Shown: piece after piece, positions 61,988 to 64,000 of the stretch
Layout: every line of letters starts with the position of its first letter
How positions within the stretch are numbered: the stretch's first letter is position 1
NCBI GenBank assembly: GCA_030390025.1
Contig: JASTWF010000345.1
Location: forward strand, 434,001-498,000
Source: Squalus acanthias
Lineage: Eukaryota
Length of the DNA: 64,000 nucleotides
Direction: 5' to 3'
Translations under genes and position numbers: made by a program
Notes under the pieces: generated by a model
What the model was told of the DNA's origin: nothing
What the model saw: the letters and a program-made list of their open reading frames with translations, nothing else
Databases searched by the model: none

Positions 61988-63316
61988 GATAGAATCATAG
62001 ACAGCATAGGAGGAGGTCATTCGGTCCATGTCTGTGCCGGCTCTTTGGTAGAACTATCCAATTAATCGCACTCCCCTGCTCTTTCGCCATAGTCCTGTAA
62101 TTTTTTTCCTTCCAAGTATTTATCCAATTCTCTTTTGAATGTTACTATTGAAAATTATGAAGGGGTTCGATAGGGTAGATGTAGAGATGATGTTTCCACT
62201 GGTGGGGGAGTTCAAAACTAGGGACCATAAATATAAGATAAGAACATAAGAAATAGGAGCAGGAGTAGGCCATATGGTCCCTCGAGCCTGCTCTGCCATT
62301 CAATAAGATCATGGCTGAACTTTACATCAACTCCACTTTCCCACCCTATCCCCATATCCCTCGATTCCCTTAGTGCCCAAAAATCTATCGATCTCTGTCT
62401 TGAATATACTCAATAACTGAGCATCCACAGCCCTCTGCGGTAGAGAATTCCAAAGATTCACAACCCTCTGAATGAAGAAATTGCTCCTCATCTCAGTCCT
62501 AAATGGCCGACCCCTTATCCTGAGACTATGACCAGGGGAAACAGCCTCTCAGCATCTCACCCTGTCAAGCCCTCTAAGAATTTTATATGTTTCATTTTTC
62601 TAAACTCCAGAGAATACAGGCCCATTCTACTCAATCTCTCCTCATAGGACAGCCCTCTCATCCCAGGAATCAATCTAGTGAACCTCCGTTGCACTCCCTC
62701 GAAGGCAAATATATCCTTCCTTAGGAAAGGAGACCAAAACTATGCACAGTACTCCAGGTGTGGTCTCACCAAGGCCCTATATAATTGCAGCAAGACTCCC
62801 TTACTCTTACACTGCAACCCCCTTGCAATAAAGGCTAACATACCATTTGCCTTCCTAATTGCTCACTATACCTGCATGTTAACTTTCTGTGATTCGTGTA
62901 CAAGGACACCCAAATCCCTCTGAATGCCAACATTTACTAGTCTCTTACCTTTAAAAAATATTCTGCTTTTCCATTCTTCCGACCAAAGTGGATAATTTCA
63001 CACTTCCCAACATTATACTCCATCTGCCACCTTCTTGTCCAATCACTTAACCAGTCTATATCCCTTTGCAGCTTCTTTACGTCCTCCTCACAGCTTACTA
63101 ATAAATCCAATAAGGAACTCAGAGTGGTTAGAATGTGAAACTCATTACCACATGGAGTTTGAGGCCAATAGCATAGATGCATTTAAGAAGTAGTTAGGGC
63201 AATACATGAGGGAGAAAGGAATAGAAGGATATGTTGAAGTAGGGTGGGAGGAGGCTCATGTGGAGCATAAACTCTGGCCAAATGGCTTGTTTCTGTGCTG
63301 TAAATTCTATGTAATA
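61988..63316. mobile_element. Nested CR1 cluster: minus 3' end 61988-62150; plus fragment 62152-62240 continuing at 63096-63316; minus CR1 62238-63095 inserted into it
   Basis: Tails AGAATCATAGA, AGAACATAAGAA and ATTCTATG; WQMEYNVGKCEIIHFG on minus. Confidence 0.85.
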
Positions 63317-63814
63317 TGAATCAGGTGAACAAGAAAAAGATTTATGTTAAAAAAAAAAAAATTTGGGGGAAGTGTGTGACACTATAATGGCTGCTTTCAT
63401 CACTTATCCCTAGCTGCCCTGAGAAGGTGGTGGTGAGCCAAAGGAATGTGTCTAACACTTGTGTTAGCTTTTTGTAGGAGTTCATTTTGTCCAAAACCCA
63501 ACTAGGTTTGATTCACCTCTGTTAGAATGCCCTCATTTTCATTAATGTTTTGGGAAAGTTTTGTTTATTTAATCCTTTTACCATTTGGTGCAGGCAAATC
63601 AGTGAGTGACAGATGGTCAGCCAATTAGGATGCAGTCTCTGAGGGTACAGTGACTTCCTAAAGTTGGCCATGCATTTGAACAGGGAGATAGGAAGGGGAT
63701 TACTCATGGGACACTACCCCATAAGGAACAGGGAGAGGAATGTGGGATGAAACACTCCTATTTTGCATTACCATACTGGCCAAATTGAGTGGTTTGGGAA
63801 ATGTCTCGATTAGG

Positions 63815-64000
63815 ATTAGGCCTCGTAATGTTAAACTTGTATAGAACCTAGGTTAGACCACACTTGGAGTACTGTGAACAGTTCTGGTCTGCATATTATA
63901 GATAGTATATAGAGGCACTGGAGAAGGTGCAAAGAAGATTTACTAGAATGATACCAGAACTGAGAGATTATACCTGTCAGGAAACATTGAACAGCCTGGG
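63815..64000 (+). mobile_element. CR1 ORF2 fragment running off the window
   Basis: Encodes VRPHLEYCEQFWS...LEKVQRRFTRMIP. Confidence 0.88.

Overview
Non-coding, repeat-dense vertebrate DNA. The repeat content (CR1 and L2 LINEs, DeuSINE/SacSINE1-like SINEs, HE1 V-SINE, Penelope-type ends) points to a cartilaginous fish, probably a shark. I found no recognisable host protein-coding exon; the window looks like a large intron or gene desert with several repeat-free, CNE-like islands. Most ORFs in the track are chance ORFs or TE fragments. Main features: (i) Two adjacent, oppositely oriented PIF/Harbinger transposons (~27.3-30.1 kb and ~31.0-34.8 kb). Each has a DDE transposase gene convergent with a spliced Myb/SANT-like gene, and the first transposase is one frameshift from intact. 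(ii) About ten Harbinger-type MITEs or MITE fragments, variously showing 3-bp TSDs, covarying subterminal hairpins and retained splice donors. (iii) Two TSD-flanked Penelope-like remnants (22.4 and 27.1 kb), each with a complete minimal, dimer-type hammerhead ribozyme on the minus strand and a compensatory base change between the copies. (iv) A clean 143-bp hAT MITE with an 8-bp TSD. All family names come from sequence recognition, not database searches. Boundaries of old repeats are approximate.
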